In this document: positions 1-8,766 of the stretch, in pieces
Position numbering within the stretch: the first letter of the stretch is position 1
Layout: every line of letters begins with the position of its first letter
Translations under genes and position numbers: made by a program
DNA from: Candidatus Nomurabacteria bacterium
GTDB lineage: Bacteria > Patescibacteriota > Minisyncoccia > Phycocordibacterales > UBA9973
DNA length: 64,000 nucleotides
Direction of reading: 5' to 3'
Assembly: GCA_029288725.1 (NCBI GenBank)
Contig: JARIGS010000015.1
Span: 3,518 to 67,517 of the forward strand
Notes under the pieces: generated by a model
Told to the model about the DNA's origin: nothing
The model's database searches: none
Seen by the model: the letters and a program-made list of their open reading frames with translations, nothing else

Positions 1-559
1 CGGTGCCGGCGTACTCTTTGCCACCTTTCTCCAGCAAAGCCTCAAGGATGTCATTACCAGCCCTTCCAGCCAGATTGTAGCATGGGCGGCGATTGAGGAA
101 TTGGTGAAATTCGCGGTGTTTTACCTCGTTGCCTACAACAACCCTTATAATGACGAGGCCATTGATCCGGCGATTTATATGATTGCCGTAGCCTTGGGCT
201 TTGCGGCATTGGAAAATATTTTTTACGTGCTGCAGCCAAGTATTAGTGCCAACAGTACTGCAATCCTGCTCACCGGCGGTCTACGTTTCTTCGGATCAAC
301 ATTGCTTCATACCATTTCAAGCTGCTTCATCGGTATCATGATCGGTGTGATGCCAAAAGTAGCTCGCGGTGCGGCACTTATATTCGGCATTGCCGGTGCG
401 ATATTCTTGCATGCAACGTTCAACTTCTTTATACTTAAGCATGATACTGCAAGCACGCTCCAAATTTACGGCTACTTGTGGATCGCCGCTATTATCAGTC
501 ACATAATCCTCGAGAAGCTCCGTCGTGTTCCTACGACTACAGCATTGAATCCATCATGA
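1..559 (+). CDS. PrsW-family intramembrane protease, 5'-truncated by window edge
   Basis: Open frame runs from nt 2 with no stop. EExxK motif (AAIEELVKF) and FxxxH-type motif (FLHATFNF) in multi-TM context. Stop overlaps next start (ATGA). Confidence 0.6.
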   Translation, partial: GAGVLFATFLQQSLKDVITSPSSQIVAWAAIEELVKFAVFYLVAYNNPYNDEAIDPAIYMIAVALGFAALENIFYVLQPSISANSTAILLTGGLRFFGSTLLHTISSCFIGIMIGVMPKVARGAALIFGIAGAIFLHATFNFFILKHDTASTLQIYGYLWIAAIISHIILEKLRRVPTTTALNPS

Positions 560-1131
560 AAAAGCGATCTTTTTTTGAACGACTTGCCGGCAACCTTCGC
601 TTTAATGAAGCCGATGAAGAAGAATTTGACGAACCAGCACCAGCTCGCCAGCTTGAACGAAAGCCAGCTGCAAAAGCGCCTGCTCCTGAACCCCGCACTC
701 CGGCTGAGCCACGCCGTGAGCTAAGTATCGGCAACGCCTTTAAGGAAGAGGATATGGAAGAGCGCGAGGTCCTTACGGCACTGCACCAGCAGGAGGAGGA
801 AATCGGTCAGCTGCCTGTTGACGTCTACGAGACTCCAAAGGAAGTGATCATCCAGACCCTTATTGCCGGCGTTCTCCCTGAACACCTTACGATTGACATT
901 ACTCGTGATACCGTTTCTATTTCTGGAAAGCGCGAGGAAAACAAGTCCATCACCCAAGACAGTTATCATGTTCAGGAATTGTACTGGGGCTCATTTGAAC
1001 GCATTGTTGACCTTCCCTGCGAAGTCGAAATCGACAATGCCGAAGCAATCGAACGCCATGGCCTGCTCATGATCAAACTACCGAAGCTTGATAAAGGACG
1101 CAAGACGGCACTGAAAATTAAGTCAATCTAA
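556..1131 (+). CDS. Hsp20/alpha-crystallin small heat-shock protein with acidic N-terminal extension
   Basis: Alpha-crystallin domain signature (LPVDVYETPKEVII...LPEHLTIDITRDTVSISGKRE...GSFERIVDLPCEVEID...ERHGLLMIKLPK). ATGA overlap with upstream gene. Confidence 0.85.
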   Translation: MKKRSFFERLAGNLRFNEADEEEFDEPAPARQLERKPAAKAPAPEPRTPAEPRRELSIGNAFKEEDMEEREVLTALHQQEEEIGQLPVDVYETPKEVIIQTLIAGVLPEHLTIDITRDTVSISGKREENKSITQDSYHVQELYWGSFERIVDLPCEVEIDNAEAIERHGLLMIKLPKLDKGRKTALKIKSI

Positions 1132-1143
1132 CGATACTCACAA

Positions 1144-1170
1144 AAAGGCCTTCCCATATGGGAAGGCCTT
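1144..1170. terminator. Bidirectional intrinsic terminator (hsp20 / tRNA-Phe)
   Basis: Perfect hairpin aggccttccc-atat-gggaaggcct flanked by A-run and T-run. Confidence 0.7.
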
Positions 1171-1202
1171 TTTGTTACGTCGCAGACACTAACGTAGTGA
1201 AG

Positions 1203-1275
1203 TGCTCAGGACCAGACTTGAACTGGTGACATCTCCCTCTTCAGGGGAGCGCTCTACCAACTGAGCTACCTGAGC
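1203..1275 (-). tRNA. tRNA-Phe (GAA)
   Basis: Reverse complement folds as a canonical cloverleaf: acceptor GCTCAGG/CCTGAGC, anticodon loop CTGAAGA (GAA), T-loop TTCAAGT, discriminator A. CCA not encoded. Confidence 0.9.
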
Positions 1276-1452
1276 AAGCGAGTGGCCTGTTTGAATACTG
1301 AATTCAAACAAGGTCCGAGCGCAGCTCAGGAAAGATTTCTTACCTGAGCAAGTGCTTATTTGTGCCATCTAAGGCTCCTATTTTATACACGAAAATGGCC
1401 CTAAAATCAACCTTATTTAGTAATTTTTATTTTCAATAATATAATAACCCTT

Positions 1453-1974
1453 ATGAGCAACAATTGCCTTAATTGTAATATTGAAACCTCAAATCCTAAG
1501 TTTTGTAGTCGCTCTTGTTCTGCAAAATACACCAATAAAATACCTAAGCGAAAACGATCCTTAGCAAGCACGTGTAGCTGTGGCAGTTGGAAAAACAGTA
1601 GCCACGCTCAATGCAGAACATGCTTCCAATCACGTAATAAATCAGCAACAATTACTGATTGGATATATAGAAATTCCTCTGTTCCTCAAAGTCTCTATGG
1701 CAGAATTCGATTAAATGCCAGGCGGGTAACTAGAAAATTACCTAAAGTATGCTCAATATGCGGCTATAACAAACATGTTCAAGTCGCTCACATAAAGCCT
1801 ATCAGCAAGTTTACCGGCACAACTTTAATATCAGAGGTCAATGATCTTAGAAATCTTTCCTTTTTATGCCCCAACCATCATTGGGAATTTGATCACGGAT
1901 TACTTACTGAGATAAAATCTCTGGATAACTGTATTGTACCCACAGAAGGAATTGCACCTTCGTCTAATCCTTAG
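1453..1974 (+). CDS. Stand-alone HNH endonuclease (Cys-rich Zn-finger N-terminus), low-GC
   Basis: C-terminal HNH motif (VQVAHIKPISKF...NDLRNLSFLCPNHHWEFDHG). N-terminal CxxC...C..C clusters. GC visibly lower than flanks. TATAAT at 1440-1445, 7 nt before ATG (leaderless). Confidence 0.8.
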   Translation: MSNNCLNCNIETSNPKFCSRSCSAKYTNKIPKRKRSLASTCSCGSWKNSSHAQCRTCFQSRNKSATITDWIYRNSSVPQSLYGRIRLNARRVTRKLPKVCSICGYNKHVQVAHIKPISKFTGTTLISEVNDLRNLSFLCPNHHWEFDHGLLTEIKSLDNCIVPTEGIAPSSNP

Positions 1975-2022
1975 GACGGATTTGTTCTATCTGCTGAACT
2001 ATGCGGGCAAACGTAACTAGTG

Positions 2023-2280
2023 TTACGCGGCCATTGGCATTGCGTTTTCGGATGCAAGCAATTCGGCAACCTTATTTTCCTGGAAGCCAACCATGGCAGT
2101 ATCACCGATCACGATAACCGGTACGCCGAGCTGATGGGTCATATCGATCATTTCCTGACGCTTTTCCATATCAGTACCTACGTTGTATTCAACATACGGT
2201 ACGTTATGGGCCTTAAAATACTCCTTCGCAAGATTGCAATAATGGCATGTACTGGTGCTGTAAATTGTTACTTCTTTCAT
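2023..2280 (-). CDS. Glutaredoxin / NrdH-like redoxin
   Basis: 85 aa, CHYC active site near N-terminus (MKEVTIYSTSTCHYC), GVPVIVIGD motif typical of glutaredoxin fold. Start chosen at internal Met. Confidence 0.75.
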   Translation of the reverse strand: MKEVTIYSTSTCHYCNLAKEYFKAHNVPYVEYNVGTDMEKRQEMIDMTHQLGVPVIVIGDTAMVGFQENKVAELLASENAMPMAA

Positions 2281-2309
2281 ATGTATATAGTGTAGCACAC
2301 CAGTCAAAT

Positions 2310-2708
2310 TTAATTTTTACGGATGCCCAACCCTCGAAGCAGTTCATCCCACCAGTGGGCCACCCCTGAAGGCGCTGGCTGGTCATTTTGGGTGCTTGTA
2401 TCGGGTGTCACGACAATAATCTGCTCCCCTGGCTTGATATAGTTGTAGCGCTCGCGTAGCGATTCCTCCGTGCCCTCGGGCGTTGCCAGATAGGCATTCG
2501 TACTACTCAATGTTGCCTCTTTTTGGCTCAGGGTTGCCTGTTCCTCCTTTAATTCCTTACTGCGGGTACGAATGGCAAAATACTTCTGGGCCAGACCTAC
2601 TACCGACGTCAGGAGCAGGAAAAAAACTACCAAGGCAACCGCTGCTCCAATCAGGCGTTTCGGGGATATGCGGGCATTCATAGATGGTGAAAATTGCTTT
2701 TTTGCCAT
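2310..2708 (-). CDS. ftsB: Septum formation initiator FtsB/DivIC-family protein
   Basis: Single N-terminal TM, coiled-coil (KELKEEQATLSQKEATL), conserved C-terminal ERYNYIKPGEQIIVV-like region typical of FtsB/DivIC. Confidence 0.65.
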   Translation of the reverse strand: MAKKQFSPSMNARISPKRLIGAAVALVVFFLLLTSVVGLAQKYFAIRTRSKELKEEQATLSQKEATLSSTNAYLATPEGTEESLRERYNYIKPGEQIIVVTPDTSTQNDQPAPSGVAHWWDELLRGLGIRKN

Positions 2709-2860
2709 AGCGTGGTAGCATAGGATTTATGCTATTCAATCATAACAGAAAAAAGGTGGATTTGGCATGGAAAATCTTTTCCATCCTCATGATCTTGGGC
2801 ATGCTGCTGTTCACCGTTCTCCCCCTCCTTCGATAATCACCTAAGGAGGTTTCCTGGTGG

Positions 2861-4666
2861 CTAGTCGCCCTGCTTCATTACCTTGATAAAGACATCGTGC
2901 GGGATGTTCACGTTTGCGTGCTCTCGCATTTTCTTTTTACCCTTCTTTTGCTTTTCGAGCAGCTTCAGCTTACGGGAATAGTCGCCGCCATACAGGTGTC
3001 CGGTTACATCCTTGCGAAAGGCTTTCATCGTGCGTGAGGAAATGATCTTGCCCAATGCCTTGGCCTGAATCTTCATCACGACCTGCTGACGTGGCATAAG
3101 CTTTTCGAGGCGCTCAACGAATTCTTCGGCATCTTCCTGTAAACGTCTTCGAGAAATAATGCGGGTAAATGCCGGCTGCAATTCATCACCGATAATGATG
3201 TCCATGCGAACGACATCCGCTTCTTTCAACTCACCCTGCTCATAGGCAATGGAAGCATAGCCTGAAGTGATGCTTTTCAAGCCGTCAAAGAATCCGCGCA
3301 TCAGTTCGCGCAACGGCATCGTTGCCGAGAGCTTTACACGGTCATCACCAAACTGCTGGATATCGTCCACTGTTGCCTCATGCTCGTACATAAATGGCAT
3401 AAGCGTACCGACATACGTCTCTGGTGTAATGATCGAGATATTCACCCATGGCTCATAAACTTTTACAATGCTACCGTCATCAGGAAAGAGGTGCGGTGAA
3501 TATACCACGAGGCGGCCGTTAGGTCCTGAGCCTGCCGAAGGATTGCGTGTCTCTATTTCATAGGTCACTGACGGCATGGTGACAATAAGCTCAAGATTGA
3601 ATTCGCGTCGCAAGCGTTCGGTAATGATTTCAAGATGGAGCATGCCAAGGAAACCGCAGCGGTAGCCACGACCCAATGCTCCTGAGACTTCTTCCTCAAA
3701 GGTAAAAGCGGAGTCGGACAAACGCAGGCGACCCAATGCCATGCGAAGCTCGTCAAAGTCATCGGGGCTTTCTGGATAAATAGAAGCCCAGACAACAGGG
3801 CGGGGCTGACTGTAGCCAGGCAATGCTGGCGCACCATTCTTTGCACTGATGATAGTGTCACCAACAGAAGCGATACCAGGCTGCTTGATACCGGTCACAA
3901 TATAGCCGATGGTGCCTGCCTCCAATGCATCCTGTGGCGTCGCCTCAGGGGCAAAAATACCGACTTCCAGAGCCTGAAATTGCTGCGTGCTGGCTGCAAA
4001 TGACAGTGTATCCCCCTTGGCAATACGACCACCAAACATGCGGACAAAGACGATGACGCCCTTGTGATTGGAGTAACTGAAGTCAAAGACCAGTGCCTGA
4101 GTCTTTTGGCTGATTTCTTCGGCTCGTGGGGCGGGAATGCGCTCAATGATTGCCTCAAGCAATTCCTTCACGCCCTCCCCCGTCTTGCCGGAAACTTTTA
4201 AGACATCCTTTTCATCACAGCCGATCAATGCACAGATTTCCAATGTTGTTTCCTCAATGCGTGACAATGGCGAATCAACCTTGGTCAGACAAGGAATGAT
4301 TACCAGCCCTGATTCGCGCGCCATTGCCAATGTCGTCAGTGTTTGCGCCTGCACACCCTGAGTTGAATCAACCAGCAACAATGAACCTTCAACGGCCTTC
4401 AATGCACGAGAGACTTCGTATGAGAAGTCAATGTGACCCGGAGTATCGATAAGGTTAAGCATGTGTCCCTGCCACAGCATCCGAACCGGCTGCATCTTGA
4501 TCGTAATACCACGCTCGCGCTCAAGCTCCATGCTATCAAGGACCTGGTCGCGCATTTTGCGGGCCTCAATCGTGCCGGTGACCTCGAGCATACGGTCAGC
4601 CAGGGTGCTTTTGCCGTGGTCAATATGGGCAATAATGCTGAAATTTCTAATGTTTTTGAGCTCCAT
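2861..4666 (-). CDS. lepA: Translation elongation factor 4 (LepA)
   Basis: N-terminal GTPase G1 motif IIAHIDHGKSTLADR, NLIDTPGH, LepA-specific C-terminal domain. 601 aa. Confidence 0.95.
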   Translation of the reverse strand: MELKNIRNFSIIAHIDHGKSTLADRMLEVTGTIEARKMRDQVLDSMELERERGITIKMQPVRMLWQGHMLNLIDTPGHIDFSYEVSRALKAVEGSLLLVDSTQGVQAQTLTTLAMARESGLVIIPCLTKVDSPLSRIEETTLEICALIGCDEKDVLKVSGKTGEGVKELLEAIIERIPAPRAEEISQKTQALVFDFSYSNHKGVIVFVRMFGGRIAKGDTLSFAASTQQFQALEVGIFAPEATPQDALEAGTIGYIVTGIKQPGIASVGDTIISAKNGAPALPGYSQPRPVVWASIYPESPDDFDELRMALGRLRLSDSAFTFEEEVSGALGRGYRCGFLGMLHLEIITERLRREFNLELIVTMPSVTYEIETRNPSAGSGPNGRLVVYSPHLFPDDGSIVKVYEPWVNISIITPETYVGTLMPFMYEHEATVDDIQQFGDDRVKLSATMPLRELMRGFFDGLKSITSGYASIAYEQGELKEADVVRMDIIIGDELQPAFTRIISRRRLQEDAEEFVERLEKLMPRQQVVMKIQAKALGKIISSRTMKAFRKDVTGHLYGGDYSRKLKLLEKQKKGKKKMREHANVNIPHDVFIKVMKQGD

Positions 4667-4709
4667 GTGGCATGACTATAGCACAGATAGTGCTATTTTT
4701 AAACGCGTA

Positions 4710-6413
4710 TTACAGCTCCTGCTGTTCCTGGACCACCAATGGCTTTTGCTTCCAAAAACGCGAACGGGCGGTCTCGATGAACATCAGAATGTCCTCATTG
4801 CGCAATGCACGAAGGACAATGCCGTACATGGCCAAGCCAGTCATGGTGGCAACCACTGCTTGGAGCAAGACCCCGACAAAACGGGCTTGGTTCACGCTTG
4901 TACCGACAAAAGAAAGCGTAACATAGGCAACGGTAGCACTGATGATGCCAGCTCCGATCATATGAAGGATCGTCCGCAAGAGCACTCGGTCATCAGTCTT
5001 GGTGACCGGCATCTTTTTCTTGAAGGCATGCCATAGGGCAATTGCATTGATGGTTTCGCCAATGGAGAATCCCAGCGGCAAGAGTACGACTGAGGCGCCG
5101 AGTGTGCCGTCAATGCGCATCAGGTCATTGAGGAACATCGCAAAGAAAGGCAGATCGTGATATGCAAACAAAAGTGCGACCACCGAACCGATCGTGACAA
5201 TCGTCGACCAGCTATTGATCACCAATGGCGTCTTGGTGTCACCGATGGCAAAGAATGCCCGCACCATAAGGAGCTCCATGCACTGTGCCACGATTGAGAG
5301 GGCAAAGAGCGCGACCGAAGCGGCAACCAATCGCGTGTCGTTCCAGGAGAAGACACCAGCACCAAGAAGAAGACGGACAATGTGCGCTCGCAGCACAATG
5401 ATCAAAAGCGATGCTGGGATGCACATGAAAAATATATTGCGGGTGGTGCGATAGAGCACGTTCAGCAGCTCCTTCTTGTCCCCTGCCGCATACATGCGAG
5501 TCATGGTCGGAAACGCTGCTACCGCATACGAAACACCAATGATAAGTAGCGGGGTGTTTTCGATATTGTATGAAAATTGAAAGATTGAGATTGAACCGGC
5601 AGCAAGCAGTGAGGCCATCGCGCCAATAATGATAAAGGTGATGTTGTTTAGTGACGAACTCAGGGTTCGTGGCAATGACAGTGTCATAACCCGTTTGATG
5701 ATTGGCCAGTCAATGTCGAGCTTGAAATGCGGAATCTTGCCCAACTTAATAAGGGTAGGAACCTGTACGCCAAAATACAATACCGCTCCCACTGCCACGC
5801 CGATTACGATCCCGACTGTACCTAGCATTGGACGCAAGAAGATGATGCCGAGCAATATGCCGAGGTTATACATCAATGGCGCAATGGCAAAGGCAAAGAA
5901 CTTCTTTTGGACTTGGGCAAATGAGCTGAGCAATGAAGCCAACCCAAAGAGAAATGGCGAGATCAGCATGATGCGAGCATAGAGCACCAGATGCACATGT
6001 TCCATTCCACTGAATCCGGGAGCAACGATTCGTGTCAGCCACGGCATCAAGATGAACGCTACCAGTGACAATGCCACCATACCAAGCATGTAGACACTGA
6101 ATATGCTGTCGAGAAATCGCTTGAAGGCACCATTGTGACCATCCTGCTTTTCCTGCTCGACATATTGCGCAATAAATGGAATCAGCACCGTCACGGAGAA
6201 CAGCACGCCAAACGAATTGTACATGAAGTCCGGAATGCGAAAGGCGGCATAGTACGTATCAAGGTTGGCGGAAGGGCCAACAAGTGATGCGAGCAAGTGG
6301 TCACGCAATAGCCCAAAGACTTGCGAGAGGAAGGAAAAAACAGCAAGAACCAGGGCGGCCTGGTTCATGGTGAAAAGGTCACGGTTCAGAAATTTTATTA
6401 TTTTCGAGACCAT
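4710..6413 (-). CDS. murJ: Lipid II flippase MurJ (MviN)
   Basis: 14-TM protein with N-terminal LLRDhLLAS.FG...D.YY.AFRIP signature of MurJ/MviN. Confidence 0.85.
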   Translation of the reverse strand: MVSKIIKFLNRDLFTMNQAALVLAVFSFLSQVFGLLRDHLLASLVGPSANLDTYYAAFRIPDFMYNSFGVLFSVTVLIPFIAQYVEQEKQDGHNGAFKRFLDSIFSVYMLGMVALSLVAFILMPWLTRIVAPGFSGMEHVHLVLYARIMLISPFLFGLASLLSSFAQVQKKFFAFAIAPLMYNLGILLGIIFLRPMLGTVGIVIGVAVGAVLYFGVQVPTLIKLGKIPHFKLDIDWPIIKRVMTLSLPRTLSSSLNNITFIIIGAMASLLAAGSISIFQFSYNIENTPLLIIGVSYAVAAFPTMTRMYAAGDKKELLNVLYRTTRNIFFMCIPASLLIIVLRAHIVRLLLGAGVFSWNDTRLVAASVALFALSIVAQCMELLMVRAFFAIGDTKTPLVINSWSTIVTIGSVVALLFAYHDLPFFAMFLNDLMRIDGTLGASVVLLPLGFSIGETINAIALWHAFKKKMPVTKTDDRVLLRTILHMIGAGIISATVAYVTLSFVGTSVNQARFVGVLLQAVVATMTGLAMYGIVLRALRNEDILMFIETARSRFWKQKPLVVQEQQEL

Positions 6414-6422
6414 GGAGTGCGA

Positions 6423-8759
6423 TTATTTTTTCTTGGTAGTAGTGGTTTGCGTTGTCGTTGTAGTAGGAGCGGGCGTACTGCTATTTTGAATGCGCTGGAT
6501 CTGTTCATCAACGCCAGTTACTTTCGGGAATTTCTTTTGGAAATCCTGAAGAGCGGCAATGGCCTGGGTCTTCTGGCCAGCAGCCTCTAGGACACTGATG
6601 TACTGGAGGTAATTATTTGGATTGGTCGGATTGAGATCACGGGCACGAGCATAGGCATTGATGGCATCAGTGTAATCCTTCTGCTGGAGATAGGTCTGTC
6701 CGAGCAAGAGATATCCCTGATCATCATAAGGAGCATACTGAGTGTAGACCGTAAGCTCACGAACAGCGGCATTGGTATCGCCGTTAGACTGCTCAATCTG
6801 AGCCTTCAGTGCATAGGCATCGAGATAATCCGACTTGAGACCAAGGGCCTGAGCAATATAGTTCAAGGCTGTACCGGTGTCCTGCTTGGTCAATGCCAAC
6901 TGGGCCTGATTCAAGAGGAAGACTGGATTGTTTGGATTACGCTTCCCTGCCTCATCAGCGGCGGTCTTGGCATTGTCGAAGGCCTGGGTATTCTGACTGC
7001 CAGCAACAAGCTGGTATACCTGACTAAGGGTGAGCCAGTTATTGGCACTGTTGGAATCCCATGCTACTGCAGCCTGCGCGCTTTGTTCGGCCTGAGAGAA
7101 ATCAGTCTGCAACTGGCTCTTGTCAGGATTCTGCTGACCGGCCAAGGAAGTGAATTCTGACGTAAACAAGGCAGCGCGAGTGCGATAGTAGATGTCATTT
7201 GGAGAAAGGGCGATGGCCTTATCAAGACGAGCCTGAGCAGTGTATTGATCAGTTGCCGCAATAGCTCTATTGTAATAGATCACGCCAGCAAATCGGTTAC
7301 CACTGAAATACACGGCAGAGAATCCGGCCATGGCTGCAACAACGATGATGAGGATGGCAAAGAAACTAGTGCGAGGATCTTTCAGGTAATTGACTGAGGC
7401 TAACTGGGTACGACCAACCAAGGTAGAAACTCCGAGAAGCATACCGAGATACATGAAGCCAATCACGATCAATACCATGCCTGGAGAGGCAAATACCATC
7501 AGTGCCACAAAAGCCGTAAGCATAATGACAGCAGCAACGGCAATGAAGCGACTGAAGCGGTCTGGGAATTGGTAGTTAAAGAGCTTGAAGCCGTGTATCA
7601 GTGCAATGACGAGCAATGCTACCAGGAAGAGCACCGGCAGGATACCGTTGGTAGTAAAGAGCGATTGGAGATAGCTAAAGCCGGTATCAAATGAAGTATT
7701 CCAAAATACGGTTTGATTGATCGCTGCAGGGTGATACAGATTCCACATGTCGGCATAGCGGCCTGCACCAGCACCAAAGATCGGATCATGAGCAAGGGTT
7801 GCGCGCATGACATGGGTAGTCGTAGAGAAGGAAGGACGAATGTCGGTAAACGATATGCCGGCATACTGAGCCAAACTTGCACCGATAGAAGCGCTACTGA
7901 GGAAGAAAAAGAGGCCAACGAGTAGTGCGATGAATGAAGCGAGCGGGAAACGCTGGGTCTGCGGTTCCATGACTTCTTCCTGTTCATCAGCATGTTTTGG
8001 GAATTTCTTGATCAATGAGCGTTCAACGGAAGACTTGTAGACAAATACCATCAATGCAGCTACGGCCGTAATGATCCACGCTACGCCGAAGTTCAAAAAT
8101 ACCAATACCAATAAACACAGAGCGATTGCAATTAGTGAAAGCAAGCGGAAGAAGCCTTTTGGCATCAGTACTTCGAACATCAGCAATGCCAAGAGGAACG
8201 TAAAGATAACGAAGTAGGCAAAATCAACCCATGAACCAACCAATGTTCCCTGAGTAGTAACGTGTGCCAAATAAGTAGAAACGAAATGAGTGCGCTGGGT
8301 CAAAAACAATACAACCTGTAAGAACACAGTGGTTACTGAGCCGGCAAATGCGGCGAGGAAGAGCTGTACCAAACGACGCTGATCACGGGCAAATGACGCA
8401 ACAAGGAACGTAAAGAGTCCCAACACCAATACGGTCGCAAATGAGTCAACGGCAAAGCCGCGTCCCCATAATGATACTGACGTGTTGACTGAAGTCAGTG
8501 CACCGACAAACGTCAGTAGCACCCACAAGCCAAGGGCCAGAAAGGCGCGATGCTTCGGTATCTGAAACGTGCCGTCAAGAAACTGAGCCACCAGCCAAAA
8601 TGAGAATGCAAGGAAGACTGCGATATAGAATACTACCGCCTTGGCAGCACCGGTACCACTTAAGGTAGCGGGGAGAAAGAAGAATGGCAGGAGCACGCAC
8701 AATCCAGTAATAATACTAAATGAAATAATGTTAAATCGGCGAATGGTGTTTTGATACAT
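6423..8759 (-). CDS. Polytopic membrane protein, O-antigen-ligase (Wzy_C)-like N-terminal domain plus C-terminal TPR repeats
   Basis: About 14 predicted TM helices. C-terminal 250 aa show TPR-like repeats (AYALKAQIEQSNGD..., LLLGQTYLQQKDYTDAINAYARARDLNP). Low-complexity T/K tail. Confidence 0.6.
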   Translation of the reverse strand: MYQNTIRRFNIISFSIITGLCVLLPFFFLPATLSGTGAAKAVVFYIAVFLAFSFWLVAQFLDGTFQIPKHRAFLALGLWVLLTFVGALTSVNTSVSLWGRGFAVDSFATVLVLGLFTFLVASFARDQRRLVQLFLAAFAGSVTTVFLQVVLFLTQRTHFVSTYLAHVTTQGTLVGSWVDFAYFVIFTFLLALLMFEVLMPKGFFRLLSLIAIALCLLVLVFLNFGVAWIITAVAALMVFVYKSSVERSLIKKFPKHADEQEEVMEPQTQRFPLASFIALLVGLFFFLSSASIGASLAQYAGISFTDIRPSFSTTTHVMRATLAHDPIFGAGAGRYADMWNLYHPAAINQTVFWNTSFDTGFSYLQSLFTTNGILPVLFLVALLVIALIHGFKLFNYQFPDRFSRFIAVAAVIMLTAFVALMVFASPGMVLIVIGFMYLGMLLGVSTLVGRTQLASVNYLKDPRTSFFAILIIVVAAMAGFSAVYFSGNRFAGVIYYNRAIAATDQYTAQARLDKAIALSPNDIYYRTRAALFTSEFTSLAGQQNPDKSQLQTDFSQAEQSAQAAVAWDSNSANNWLTLSQVYQLVAGSQNTQAFDNAKTAADEAGKRNPNNPVFLLNQAQLALTKQDTGTALNYIAQALGLKSDYLDAYALKAQIEQSNGDTNAAVRELTVYTQYAPYDDQGYLLLGQTYLQQKDYTDAINAYARARDLNPTNPNNYLQYISVLEAAGQKTQAIAALQDFQKKFPKVTGVDEQIQRIQNSSTPAPTTTTTQTTTTKKK

Positions 8760-8766
8760 AATGAAT

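Noticed and set aside
3267-4675. Numerous 60-200 aa ORFs antisense to or overlapping lepA, murJ, leuS, uvrA, rpoB, rpoC and the giant surface gene (e.g. 3565-3864, 4461-5036, 12090-12503, 40973-41272, 43459-44019)
   Set aside because: Fully embedded in confidently assigned long genes, no independent start context, and compositions typical of out-of-frame translation.
4677-4700. Hairpin tagcac-agat-agtgcta between murJ and lepA as a terminator
   Set aside because: The T-run is on the plus strand, where no gene is transcribed. On the minus strand it is not followed by U-run. More likely an RNA processing or stability element, or chance.
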